A stretch of DNA of 37,347 bases from a virus (IMGVR_UViG_3300037502_001141:1-37347), one strand, 5' to 3'. Shown: positions 1 to 8,150, counted from the stretch's first letter. Notes: generated from the letters alone by a model not told the origin. Made by a program: numbers and translations.

Positions 1-718
1 TGCGCATCACATGCGTAACACGCTGCGAAGTCTGAATATTTGACGCCCCATACGGCACGACAACGTCTTCTGCTGGCACAAATAGCGACACCTGACGCTC
101 AAGCGATGGGTCGTAGTAGACCTTCTTAAACGCATTACCAGCTAACCCCAAGCCCCATAGCATGCGCTCATGCTCAGGCCGGTACTCCACCATAACTTCA
201 GTTAACTGATAGTTCATGTCGTCTTTGACACGAATGGCTGCTTCTTTTTTCTCTGGTGTTTCTTTGCCGATGATCTGAGTCTTGACTGGGCCTCCCGAGG
301 GGAAGGTTTCCATGATGGTCTCGGCTTGGAACTTAACTAACGCCTCACTTAATAGTGGGTGGTAGACACCACACGCACCCGGCCAAGGCTCTGTACGCTC
401 TTCAATCTTTAAGCCCAATAACTCTAGACCATCTACATAAGTCTGCATCCAATCTTTGCGGCTAGATAAGTCCTCTTCAAACTCGCCAAGTAAGTCTCCG
501 CATAACTCGGTCAACTCATCGTCTTCCATCTCTTCAGCAAGGTTGGCGTTGAAGTCATCTTCAGCTTCTTCTGCTTCAATCTCTAGTATTGGCTGACCAT
601 CGATGCCAATACGCACGGCTTCGGGATCTTCGATCTCTATCTCAAGAGCAGGCTCATCTGCCATCTCTTCAAGATCTAACCCTAGCGGGGCCTGTCCTAG
701 TGCTTTATCAATTGCCAT
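1..718 (-). CDS. Phage portal protein, N-terminal part (runs off the left edge)
   Basis: Not in the ORF track (truncated). Manual translation from ATG at 718: MAIDKALGQAPLGLDLEE...DLSSRKDWMQTYVDGLELLG...PWPGACGVYHPLLSEALVKFQAE...GNAFKKVYYD. This resembles podovirus-type portal N-termini, and the gene directly follows the terminase. Confidence 0.85.
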   Translation of the reverse strand, partial: MAIDKALGQAPLGLDLEEMADEPALEIEIEDPEAVRIGIDGQPILEIEAEEAEDDFNANLAEEMEDDELTELCGDLLGEFEEDLSSRKDWMQTYVDGLELLGLKIEERTEPWPGACGVYHPLLSEALVKFQAETIMETFPSGGPVKTQIIGKETPEKKEAAIRVKDDMNYQLTEVMVEYRPEHERMLWGLGLAGNAFKKVYYDPSLERQVSLFVPAEDVVVPYGASNIQTSQRVTHVMR

Positions 719-727
719 ATTCTGTCC

Positions 728-2248
728 TTAGTAATAGCCCTCGAAGTGCCTTTTAAACTGCGGAATTTCTTCAGGCTCATCTAAATTAGTACGAATGTAT
801 CCGCCCTTGCGGAATCTCATCAACGCAAGAGATACAGAGTCAACGTAGTCATCATGCTCGCCAGCGGGAAAAGATGCAACTTCATCAATTACTTCTTCCG
901 CCCACTGGGTGTTCGGTGCCCACACTCTACCACTAGCAAATAGGTCTGATACCGCGTTCAAACGACTAATCTTGTCGTTCCCCCTGCTCGGCGTGAACTC
1001 CTGCACGGGTATCCCCATAGCCCGCATCTCATAAATTAACGGCGAACCAGAAGCCTTTTTCTCTATGATCACGCTGTCTGGATCCCACTCTTTATATTGG
1101 TCAATAGCTTCTTGTTTTAGCCTTGGAAACTCCATCCGATCCCTAAAGGCGTTCAAAAGTATGATGTTTGCCTGCATTAGCCCCGTGTCGTCGGGCTGAT
1201 AGAACACCCCCCAAGTCGTCAGGGCGCTGTAGTCGGAGCGTTGGCTCTTCTCAAAGGCCGTATCCCATGCCATCAGGGTAAATTCGCAGCTTGGTGGGTC
1301 ATCTTTTTCCCAAACCTGCCACCATTCCCGCTTAACTATGGCTGAACTCTCTGAAACGGGGTTCTGCTGGTACTGTGCCTGCCATTTACTGTTGGGAAGT
1401 TCTTCTTTTAGGGCAGCTAGTTCCTTTAAAGACCAAAACTCAGGCCAAAGTGGGTTGCCAGACGGTAAAAGAGCCGGAAATTCAATGACTTCCCACTCTT
1501 CCCCACCCCTTTGAGCCGCGCTTTTAAGCACTTGGCCCGTCAAATCGCGCTTTGACCACCTTGTCATCACTATAACGATGCTTCCACCCGGCTGTAGACG
1601 CTGCCGTGGCCCGGATGTGTACCACTCGTAGGTCTTATCGTAGATATCTGGGTTTACTTCCGCCAGCGCCGCCTCTTGTTCTGAGTGCGGGTCGTCAATA
1701 ATGAGGAGATCCGCGCCTTTACCCGTGACAGCACCCCCCACACCGATAGCAAAATAGTCTCCACCAGCGTTAGTCGCCCACCTGCCAGCAGCTTTAGAGT
1801 CCGCCTGTAGGCCAACTCCCGGAAATACCGTTGTATAGACGTCTTGATCGACAAGATTTCGTACCTTTCTACCAAACCCAACGGCTAGTTCGGCTGTGTG
1901 GCTGGTCTGGATCACCTTTTTGCCCGGATAATTGCCCAAAAACCATGCCGGAAGCAGGTATGACGCGAACTCGGACTTAGTGTGCCGGGGTGGCATGTTA
2001 ATAATTAGCCGCTTTAGCTCTCCTCTAGCCACCCTCTCAAAGGCACGAGCCATCCGCTTGTGGTGCGCCCCCTCAATAAAGTGGGGCCAGACCTTTTTTA
2101 CAAAATGCATGAAGTTAGTGGCGGCATCCTCGCGGTCTTTTACGACCTCTAGTTTGTCTAGATCCTCCAAAAGGCGTCGCAGATCCGCCTCGGGTATAGA
2201 ACCAAGGTTGTTTAGGAGGGATTTGACTTCATTCGGGCTTATCTGCAC
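728..2248 (-). CDS. terL: Terminase large subunit
   Basis: Walker A-like MPPRHTKS, Walker B LLIIDDP, coupling motif MTRW, RNase H-like nuclease motifs AWDTA, SDYSA and HDDYVDS. Confidence 0.95.
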   Translation of the reverse strand: MQISPNEVKSLLNNLGSIPEADLRRLLEDLDKLEVVKDREDAATNFMHFVKKVWPHFIEGAHHKRMARAFERVARGELKRLIINMPPRHTKSEFASYLLPAWFLGNYPGKKVIQTSHTAELAVGFGRKVRNLVDQDVYTTVFPGVGLQADSKAAGRWATNAGGDYFAIGVGGAVTGKGADLLIIDDPHSEQEAALAEVNPDIYDKTYEWYTSGPRQRLQPGGSIVIVMTRWSKRDLTGQVLKSAAQRGGEEWEVIEFPALLPSGNPLWPEFWSLKELAALKEELPNSKWQAQYQQNPVSESSAIVKREWWQVWEKDDPPSCEFTLMAWDTAFEKSQRSDYSALTTWGVFYQPDDTGLMQANIILLNAFRDRMEFPRLKQEAIDQYKEWDPDSVIIEKKASGSPLIYEMRAMGIPVQEFTPSRGNDKISRLNAVSDLFASGRVWAPNTQWAEEVIDEVASFPAGEHDDYVDSVSLALMRFRKGGYIRTNLDEPEEIPQFKRHFEGYY

Positions 2249-2846
2249 CGTCGCCCCCGTCTACCTCATGCGCCTCAACCTCAATTAGCCCTAACTCTTC
2301 TTCGGCACTTGGCCTAGTGTCTTCAACGTCCTGTGTATTGGATAGCAAAAGCCGCTTCAGTTTGTCCTCGATAGCCTTGCGAAGGTCGCTAGATGTCTTG
2401 TGAGTGATAGTTATTTCTGATTTTTCAGTAAATGCACCGATGTCCGACATCTTCCCAATAAGCTCTAAGGCTCGCAGTTCATGTTTAGTATCCCCGCAAG
2501 CAGAAATATCTAGAAGTTTATTCAGTATGTAGGTTCTGGCTTGGGCGGCATCAGCCACAATGGCCTTGTCATACTCGCTTAGCAGCGCCGAGAGCCTTAC
2601 TGCAACTGGACTTTCATATAGCTGTGGTGGATTGTTCTGAGTTTTCTTGGTTGTATCGACAGATCGGAACAATGCCTGTGCCTTCTTCTCGTCCTCCTCC
2701 GTCATTTCAAACGGCATACCGAGTTCAGACAGTAAAGCGGCGGTTGAAGCGGCAACTCTAGCGTTCTCCGAAAACGAAGAAGCTACCTGATCATCATAGG
2801 AATCAGGCAAAGGGTGGGCGCTATCTGGCGTAATAGATAGTGTCAT
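2229..2846 (-). CDS. Probable terminase small subunit
   Basis: 205 aa, helical, overlaps the terL start; LRALELIGKMSDIGAFTEK resembles TerS C-terminal segments. Mainly a positional call. Confidence 0.6.
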   Translation of the reverse strand: MTLSITPDSAHPLPDSYDDQVASSFSENARVAASTAALLSELGMPFEMTEEDEKKAQALFRSVDTTKKTQNNPPQLYESPVAVRLSALLSEYDKAIVADAAQARTYILNKLLDISACGDTKHELRALELIGKMSDIGAFTEKSEITITHKTSSDLRKAIEDKLKRLLLSNTQDVEDTRPSAEEELGLIEVEAHEVDGGDGADKPE

Positions 2847-3217
2847 GGAGGAAACGAGGCTCCAAAAAAGTATAGGGGGTGCGTTTCATTGGCGCCGAGT
2901 ATAGCACCAATTTTAAAAAGTGCAAGGGGTGTGGGGGACTTTGAAAACCCCCATCGTCAAAAAAGGGCGCCCCCACGAAAAAATTATATACCCCCCGGGG
3001 GGCATGGATCCAAAAAGACAAGGGGGGTGTTTAACTAGAGGACTTAATCCCCCTAGCGGTAAAATTTGCCTAGGGGGTGGGGTAATTCTATTTATGTGAT
3101 ATTGACAGTGCAGAATAATGTGTATGTGGCGGTCTAGTAACATCTGCGTGTATTTGGGGGGTCGGGGCTGGGTGGGGTCGCTGGGCGCCTCGATGTCCTG
3201 TTGGGCGCCTGGACAAT

Positions 3218-3240
3218 AAAAAACCCGGCGCAAGGCCGGG
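3218..3240 (-). terminator. Intrinsic terminator after the 231-aa gene
   Basis: Minus strand CCCGGC-CTTGC-GCCGGG-TTTTTT, 23 nt after the stop codon. Confidence 0.85.
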
Positions 3241-3263
3241 TTCAAGGTGATGCTGGCTGCTGC

Positions 3264-3959
3264 TTAGTCTTGGTCTGTCTCGTGCAGCTCCTGATCTGCG
3301 CCGGTCATGTAGTCAAAGTCTGCTGCGCCTGACAGAACATCGAGGGCTGCCTCGAGGGCTGCCTCATCTGTACACTTGTTGGCTGCCTCTCTTACTTGGC
3401 TGCGTAATGCCTTCAAGGCCTCCATCCGCTCTTTAGTCTCTTCGCTGGTCTTCTCTTTGAGTACTGTCTCGAGATCCTTTACTGCCTTCTTCAGATCCCT
3501 GTTGGTCGGGTTCTTGGCGAGGGCTGAGTACTTCGACTCGATCTGCTGCCGTACTTGGTCGGGGCTGCTGTTGGCGTGCGCTGCCAAGAGGTCTGCCTTC
3601 TTCTGCGCCCGTTCTGCTGCTCGCTGCTGGGACAATGGATTCTCGGATTCGGGTTTGATGATCTCGATCTCGAACATGTCTTCGAGATCTCCCTTGAATC
3701 GAGACCAAGCTTTATCGACCGCTGCGCTAGTCTTGCCGGGGTTTGCGCCCATCCAGCCTTCTTTCCAATCAAGCTGCGCGGTCTCGAATTGCAGCCGGGT
3801 TACCTTGTCCCCTAACATCCGGGCATAGTTAGTTAGGGTCTCAACAGCTAGGCTGTCTTTGCGTGCCCAAGCTGCGCCAGCGTTCTTGGCTGCTGCGTGC
3901 TGCTCAGGCGATAGCGCGTCGATGGCTGCTGCGACTGTGGTCATCTGTGGTGCGTTCAT
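3264..3959 (-). CDS. Hypothetical helical protein, paralog of 4161..4790
   Basis: 231 aa; RBS ACCAAGAGGAG upstream; own terminator; colinear similarity to the neighbouring ORF. Confidence 0.85.
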   Translation of the reverse strand: MNAPQMTTVAAAIDALSPEQHAAAKNAGAAWARKDSLAVETLTNYARMLGDKVTRLQFETAQLDWKEGWMGANPGKTSAAVDKAWSRFKGDLEDMFEIEIIKPESENPLSQQRAAERAQKKADLLAAHANSSPDQVRQQIESKYSALAKNPTNRDLKKAVKDLETVLKEKTSEETKERMEALKALRSQVREAANKCTDEAALEAALDVLSGAADFDYMTGADQELHETDQD

Positions 3960-3996
3960 CTGTACTTCTCCTCTTGGTTATGGCCGGGATGGCCGG

Positions 3997-4023
3997 GACA
4001 CTCAGACCCCTTGTCCGACTGTC
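3997..4023. promoter_or_regulatory. 27-bp palindromic motif, site A (degenerate)
   Basis: GAC-ACT-CAGAC-CCCTT-GTCCG-ACT-GTC. Confidence 0.6.
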
Positions 4024-4031
4024 CTGTGGAC

Positions 4032-4040
4032 ATTGTACCA
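4032..4040 (-). promoter_or_regulatory. Possible extended -10 promoter for the 231-aa gene
   Basis: Minus strand TG-G-TACAAT; no clear -35; a motif half-site (GACAATCTGAC, 4058-4068) lies where the -35 would be. Confidence 0.45.
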
Positions 4041-4101
4041 TTTCCCTATGATGCTAGGACAATCTGACAATGTCCCCCAGCTATACCCCACCGAGGGGCT
4101 G

Positions 4102-4126
4102 GGAACGGTCATACCAACGCGGGAGC
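4102..4126. repeat. 25-bp direct repeat, copy 1
   Basis: GGAACGGTCATACCAACGCGGGAGC, identical to 4894-4918. Confidence 0.95.
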
Positions 4127-4128
4127 AC

Positions 4129-4151
4129 AAAAACCCCGAATTGCTTCGGGG
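4129..4151 (-). terminator. Intrinsic terminator after the 209-aa gene
   Basis: Minus strand CCCCGAA-GCAA-TTCGGGG-TTTTT (GNRA loop). Confidence 0.9.
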
Positions 4152-4160
4152 TCGGCTTTG

Positions 4161-4790
4161 TTACTGGGTCACAAAACTAACTTCGTTGTCCTGACTGAGC
4201 ATCTCAACCACTAGGTCTAGCCTCGTGATGTCGGAGCACTCTCTGACCGCTTTAATGACCTCGTCACGCTTTGCCTTTAACTCGGCTTTGGATTCGGCCT
4301 CGGTGTCTTTGGTACGAGCCTTCAAAACCGTTTTTAGTTCTTTCAGGATCGCGTCACTTCCCAACGGGTTTTTAGCCTGACGCTCGTATGCCTGACTGAC
4401 TAGTTGATGCAATTGGTCGGTGCTCGTGTCCTCGTAGCGTTTGATCGTGTCGGCTAGTTTGGTTGCGCGTTCCTCGGCTTTCTTAGTCGCGGCTTTGCTA
4501 GTTGCCTTCGGGATTGGTATTCCATAGGTATCTACCAAACGGGTCTTAAATCTTCCGAATGCTTTATACGCGGCGTCACCCTTTGCCTTTGGCTTAACCT
4601 CGGTGTATCCGTTTATCCAAGATAGTCGCTCGGTTTCCCATACCTGATAAGTCGGCTCGGTTCCTACGGCCTCTGCGAACAATTGAAAAGACTCTGACGC
4701 ATTGACCTCTGACTGAGCAAATAACCTACCGGCATCAATTGACCGCGTTGGGTTTAGTGCTTGTGCTACAACTGTTTTTTCGTTTTGCAT
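4161..4790 (-). CDS. Hypothetical helical protein, paralog of 3264..3959
   Basis: 209 aa; RBS ACCAACGAGGA upstream; own promoter and terminator. Confidence 0.85.
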   Translation of the reverse strand: MQNEKTVVAQALNPTRSIDAGRLFAQSEVNASESFQLFAEAVGTEPTYQVWETERLSWINGYTEVKPKAKGDAAYKAFGRFKTRLVDTYGIPIPKATSKAATKKAEERATKLADTIKRYEDTSTDQLHQLVSQAYERQAKNPLGSDAILKELKTVLKARTKDTEAESKAELKAKRDEVIKAVRECSDITRLDLVVEMLSQDNEVSFVTQ

Positions 4791-4812
4791 AATTTCCTCG
4801 TTGGTTAGTTAG

Positions 4813-4839
4813 GACACGCTGACCCTATGTCAGGTAGTC
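4813..4839. promoter_or_regulatory. 27-bp palindromic motif, site B
   Basis: GAC-ACG-CTGAC-CCTAT-GTCAG-GTA-GTC, between promoter and RBS. Confidence 0.75.
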
Positions 4840-4847
4840 CACTTATA

Positions 4848-4875
4848 ACTATACTCTCACTAGGATCATATGCAA
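4848..4875 (-). promoter_or_regulatory. Sigma70-like promoter (leftward)
   Basis: Minus strand TTGCAT-16 nt-TATAGT. Confidence 0.55.
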
Positions 4876-4893
4876 ATTAACTTGTTGCCCCTA

Positions 4894-4918
4894 GGAACGG
4901 TCATACCAACGCGGGAGC
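4894..4918. repeat. 25-bp direct repeat, copy 2
   Basis: Identical to 4102-4126. Confidence 0.95.
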
Positions 4919-4971
4919 GAAATTTTGTATTGTTCGAATCGCACATAATGTTCTAGGTAATTGTTCCGTCG

Positions 4972-4984
4972 CAAGTCATTGATT
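4972..4984 (-). promoter_or_regulatory. IHF consensus site
   Basis: Reverse complement AATCAA-TGAC-TTG matches WATCAANNNNTTR. Confidence 0.6.
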
Positions 4985-5260
4985 TTTCAGCAATGTTCTA
5001 ATGTTCGGACTTTTTGGCACATAAGAGGCGCCAAAATAAAATAAATCCTGAGAGAACGAGGCTCCCCGCAAGTGTTTACCAAGCATATACGCAGGGGGTC
5101 GCGCGTAGGCTTAATCTCTCTTCTCTTTTTTAGAACATTCAGAACATTACAGCAATTTCGGTACAATGGCGTCCACAAGCCATTCTTTTGTTCGAATTTC
5201 TCCTCCTCTCCAAGAACATTGCAACCCCCATTCGTACATTACCCACAATACTCCACGAAC

Positions 5261-5273
5261 AATCAATGACTTA
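5261..5273 (+). promoter_or_regulatory. IHF consensus site
   Basis: AATCAA-TGAC-TTA matches WATCAANNNNTTR; inverted relative to 4972-4984. Confidence 0.6.
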
Positions 5274-5308
5274 CAGCCGACACAGCACCTTGCAGACTGT
5301 TTCCTAAC

Positions 5309-5337
5309 TTGACTTTGTAAACTACCTATGCTATAAT
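5309..5337 (+). promoter_or_regulatory. Strong sigma70 promoter of the early operon
   Basis: TTGACT-17 nt-TATAAT with TGn extension. Confidence 0.9.
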
Positions 5338-5412
5338 ATGAGAGTGGGAATTCGCATATTTTGCATTGTTCTAGTTTCAAATGTTCTAAGAACATTGCAC
5401 CCACAAAACCCG

Positions 5413-5439
5413 AACATTCTGACACTTTGTCAGTTTGTC
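5413..5439. promoter_or_regulatory. 27-bp palindromic motif, site C
   Basis: AAC-ATT-CTGAC-ACTTT-GTCAG-TTT-GTC in the early leader. Confidence 0.7.
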
Positions 5440-5472
5440 GTAATTACTAACCAACCAAGAGGACTTACTACT

Positions 5473-5805
5473 ATGCGTACCGACACCAAAACCGATCAAC
5501 TTATCAGCCTGTACAACCAAGGCATGATCTACAACCTGCGCAACCTGCCCGAAGGTGAGCATCATGTATTCGTCAACCCCCGCCTGACCCTGCGCCACAA
5601 AGATGCCAAGGACTTCAAGTCCCAACCCTTTTTCATCCGCGCCACACAGACGATGTTTGCTACCAACACCACACCAATCGACGCCATCGAGCAAGCCCTC
5701 TATCAGCACCCCCTGCTCGTGTACTACACACTCGGCAAGCGCAGGTTCCACTACAACACCTTGCTTGCCTCAGCACTTCAAACCGGCAATGTATTTGTCG
5801 TATAA
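5473..5805 (+). CDS. Hypothetical protein (110 aa), first early gene
   Basis: Start reassigned to ATG 5473 after ACCAAGAGGA (5454-5463); MRTDTKTDQLISLYNQG... Confidence 0.75.
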   Translation: MRTDTKTDQLISLYNQGMIYNLRNLPEGEHHVFVNPRLTLRHKDAKDFKSQPFFIRATQTMFATNTTPIDAIEQALYQHPLLVYYTLGKRRFHYNTLLASALQTGNVFVV

Positions 5806-5821
5806 GTCTAGGGAGACCAAC

Positions 5822-6058
5822 ATGAGACGAGTAATCAAGAACGGCTACTGCCGAATCTGCAACGAGAACGGCATTGGCAAAAAGCGCGCTGCCTACGGGC
5901 ATCTCATCTGCAAGCCATGCGGTGAGGTCAAAGCCAAGACCGACAGGAAGTCGTGGTGCGTGCTCACCCTACACAAGCAGGGGGCGATGTTCTTCACTCC
6001 TGAGTACGCTAGGGAAGCAGCCGTAGGAGCTAACAACAAGGGGGGTATTGTTCGATGA
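5822..6058 (+). CDS. C4 zinc-finger protein (DksA/TraR-like finger)
   Basis: Start at ATG 5822 after GGGAG; CRIC-x16-CKPC with internal I..KR. Confidence 0.65.
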   Translation: MRRVIKNGYCRICNENGIGKKRAAYGHLICKPCGEVKAKTDRKSWCVLTLHKQGAMFFTPEYAREAAVGANNKGGIVR

Positions 6059-6327
6059 ATAAGCCAAGAAAGATCAGCAAGGAAGAGTGGATGGAGTATT
6101 GCGACAACCTGACAGATGGTCAGAATGTCGGCGCGGTGAATGCCCTGATTGACGCTGCAAACCCATATATCTTCAACCCAAAGCGAGAGGGGTGGGATCT
6201 GCGGTGGGAGATTGACCGGCTTGGAAAGATGCTAGAGAGCAAGGACAAAGAGATTGGCAGTCTGCGGTTCGACATCGCCGTACTCAAAGCCGAACTCAAC
6301 GCAATGAGAGGGGGGCAAAATGGCTGA
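6055..6327 (+). CDS. Hypothetical protein with C-terminal coiled coil
   Basis: ATGA overlap with the previous gene; 90 aa. Confidence 0.75.
   Translation: MNKPRKISKEEWMEYCDNLTDGQNVGAVNALIDAANPYIFNPKREGWDLRWEIDRLGKMLESKDKEIGSLRFDIAVLKAELNAMRGGQNG
6103..6129. promoter_or_regulatory. 27-bp palindromic motif, site D (intragenic)
   Basis: GAC-AAC-CTGAC-AGATG-GTCAG-AAT-GTC. Confidence 0.75.
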
Positions 6328-6424
6328 GGTTCTGCGTGCCTTGAACGGGGCGCTTGGTCTAATCTGCATAGCGTTCTGTGTGTACTTTTTGGCGTGCATC
6401 ATATCGGGGGGAGATGACAAATGA
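6320..6424 (+). CDS. Small membrane peptide (34 aa)
   Basis: MAEVLRALNGALGLICIAFCVYFLACIISGGDDK; GAGGGGG RBS; overlaps both neighbours. Confidence 0.6.
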   Translation: MAEVLRALNGALGLICIAFCVYFLACIISGGDDK

Positions 6425-6609
6425 AAAATCCGGAAACAATGAGTGACGCTGAGTTGCTCATGACCCAAGGGTTGTACAAAGACCTGAAATCAACAGGGGT
6501 ACGAGATGAAATTTATATCTCAATGCTAGAGAACGAGATAGTTAAGAGGATCCAAATGGGTACTTGGCGTGGCGTGATAAAAAAGGAGATGACAAATGAG
6601 CAAATATAA
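6421..6609 (+). CDS. Hypothetical protein
   Basis: 62 aa; GGAG RBS; ATGA coupling. Confidence 0.7.
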   Translation: MKNPETMSDAELLMTQGLYKDLKSTGVRDEIYISMLENEIVKRIQMGTWRGVIKKEMTNEQI

Positions 6610-6829
6610 ACAAGTAAAGTGCCGTGGGTTTTGGGTAAGTGATTTAGATAAACCCCCAACCAAAGTCAATATTTTAGATGTAATTGTTTCGCCTGATTCG
6701 TGGGACGAAGTTGAAGATGCCGAAGATATGCGCATCTTTTTCTACACAGATGGCGAACCCATAGTCGAAGGTATGGTGTTGGATATTGATCAGGGGTTTG
6801 TAATTACTAGCGTAGAGGATGACAAATGA
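6596..6829 (+). CDS. Hypothetical acidic protein
   Basis: 77 aa; AAGGAG RBS. Confidence 0.75.
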   Translation: MSKYKQVKCRGFWVSDLDKPPTKVNILDVIVSPDSWDEVEDAEDMRIFFYTDGEPIVEGMVLDIDQGFVITSVEDDK

Positions 6830-6990
6830 AGGGACTGTTTAAGCGCACCTATATGTGTGGCGTAGGCGGTATGAAGTGCCCATGTTGCGGTAAGCGCAAG
6901 GATCCAAGAGCACGACGGCTATACCATCGGCAAGCCAAACGCCGGTTAGCCGAGCACATTAAACAAGTGGAGAAATCAGATGAAAACTAA
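6826..6990 (+). CDS. Small basic Cys-rich protein (54 aa)
   Basis: MKGLFKRTYMCGVGGMKCPCCGKRKDPRARRLYHRQAKRRLAEHIKQVEKSDEN; GAGG RBS; ATGA overlap. Confidence 0.7.
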   Translation: MKGLFKRTYMCGVGGMKCPCCGKRKDPRARRLYHRQAKRRLAEHIKQVEKSDEN

Positions 6991-7108
6991 TTGGTGGATT
7001 GAGTCAGGCATGGCTGCTCAGGCTGCTCAAGAGTTGGTGTGGTTCGTAGTAATAGTGTTTGTTGGTATCGGTATAGTAATTTGGCTAGACATGAGAAAGG
7101 ATAAATAA
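6980..7108 (+). CDS. Small membrane peptide (42 aa)
   Basis: MKTNWWIESGMAAQAAQELVWFVVIVFVGIGIVIWLDMRKDK; GGAG RBS; one transmembrane segment. Confidence 0.65.
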   Translation: MKTNWWIESGMAAQAAQELVWFVVIVFVGIGIVIWLDMRKDK

Positions 7109-7109
7109 C

Positions 7110-8099
7110 ATGACTTGGGGAAGAACTAGTTTGCCGGACAATCTGCCGAAGTTAGAAAACTATGCGGATGCTCTGTATCGGTATAGCAAGACCGAGCCTC
7201 TGCGTGCGGGGAAGGACAAGGGGCTTGTGCCGTTGGGTTGGAACCGGCGGTACAAGCGTAGTCAGATACTCAAGGTCGAGACCCTGCAGGGTAACGCCAT
7301 TTTCTGCAGATTCCATAGAACCGATGTCGTTAAGTTTTACGAGAACGGCATGGTGGAGTTTGGGGTTGGTGGATGGGACTCGCCCACAACGCTTATGTTT
7401 TTACAGGGTGTTTTTGGTATGGCTAAGTTTGCTAGGTACAAGGGCAAGATTTACTACAAGCAACTGAGTACCGGCAAATTCTTTCTTATTGGCAAAAATG
7501 GTCTGCGGATTGACGAGACCGGCACGCCCCTAGACCCGACACCCGAGGTCGCTAAGGTATTGAACCGAGCAAGGTGGAAGGATCTTTTGCAGAAACTTAA
7601 GCCGTTCTCCACATACGCATCTGACATGTCAAAACTTCTAGAGCCTAAATCAGGGCATGAATTATCGGGAGAGTTTGATGCCTTGGTGCGAACCTATGGA
7701 GAAGAGTATTGGCGCGGGCTTCTACCTACTCAACTTAAACCGCATAGTAGATTGGGGATTCCGTACTTGCCTATTTCTGCAAGGGAGATCCGATACAACC
7801 GAAACAACATCGCGCAGTCGCGGGCTGAGTTTATCAACCGAGTCTTGGAAGCATCGCAGACAAACGATGCCGAGAAAATGTATCCGCTTCTTTTTACATT
7901 GCAAGCGAGTGCATCAGAGCAACGGTGGACAGGCAACGGCTATGTGTCCGAGTGTAACCCTGCCCGAGTTAGGAAGTATTTGATGGAGTTATTGAAGTTT
8001 GAGTTTTGTGAAGGTCTATTTGATAGTGTTGTTCAACCATTGGGAGAATTCGTAGCCGATAGTAATGCAAAGTATTTTGTTAACCGAAAGACAACCTGA
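7110..8099 (+). CDS. Hypothetical protein (329 aa)
   Basis: Long ORF with AAGGA RBS; no family recognised. Confidence 0.85.
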   Translation: MTWGRTSLPDNLPKLENYADALYRYSKTEPLRAGKDKGLVPLGWNRRYKRSQILKVETLQGNAIFCRFHRTDVVKFYENGMVEFGVGGWDSPTTLMFLQGVFGMAKFARYKGKIYYKQLSTGKFFLIGKNGLRIDETGTPLDPTPEVAKVLNRARWKDLLQKLKPFSTYASDMSKLLEPKSGHELSGEFDALVRTYGEEYWRGLLPTQLKPHSRLGIPYLPISAREIRYNRNNIAQSRAEFINRVLEASQTNDAEKMYPLLFTLQASASEQRWTGNGYVSECNPARVRKYLMELLKFEFCEGLFDSVVQPLGEFVADSNAKYFVNRKTT

Positions 8100-8116
8100 C
8101 ATCTTGTCAGAGTGTC
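8090..8116. promoter_or_regulatory. 27-bp palindromic motif, site E
   Basis: GAC-AAC-CTGAC-ATCTT-GTCAG-AGT-GTC, spanning the stop codon at 8097-8099. Confidence 0.75.
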
Positions 8117-8150
8117 GCAATCAAATCATTTAAATCAAGAGGAAATTATT

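Larger units (their letters stand above)
4929..5418. repeat. Array of about 14 WWTGTTC/GAACAWW heptamers, origin-like
   Basis: Forward at 4929, 4947, 4960, 4992, 5000, 5187, 5365, 5380; reverse at 5133, 5142, 5214, 5257, 5390, 5412; non-coding divergent region. Confidence 0.75.

Noticed and set aside
2821-3245. ORFs 2821..3021 and 2913..3245
   Set aside because: Pro/Gly-rich translations of G/C runs with no RBS; one starts inside the terminator.
2853-5065. 11-mer AACGAGGCTCC shared by 2853 and 5055
   Set aside because: Matches of this length are expected by chance in 37 kb.
4987-5472. ORFs across the origin-like region and the long 5' extension of 5338..5805
   Set aside because: They translate the heptamer repeats, lack RBSs and overlap promoter elements; ATG 5473 has a clear RBS.
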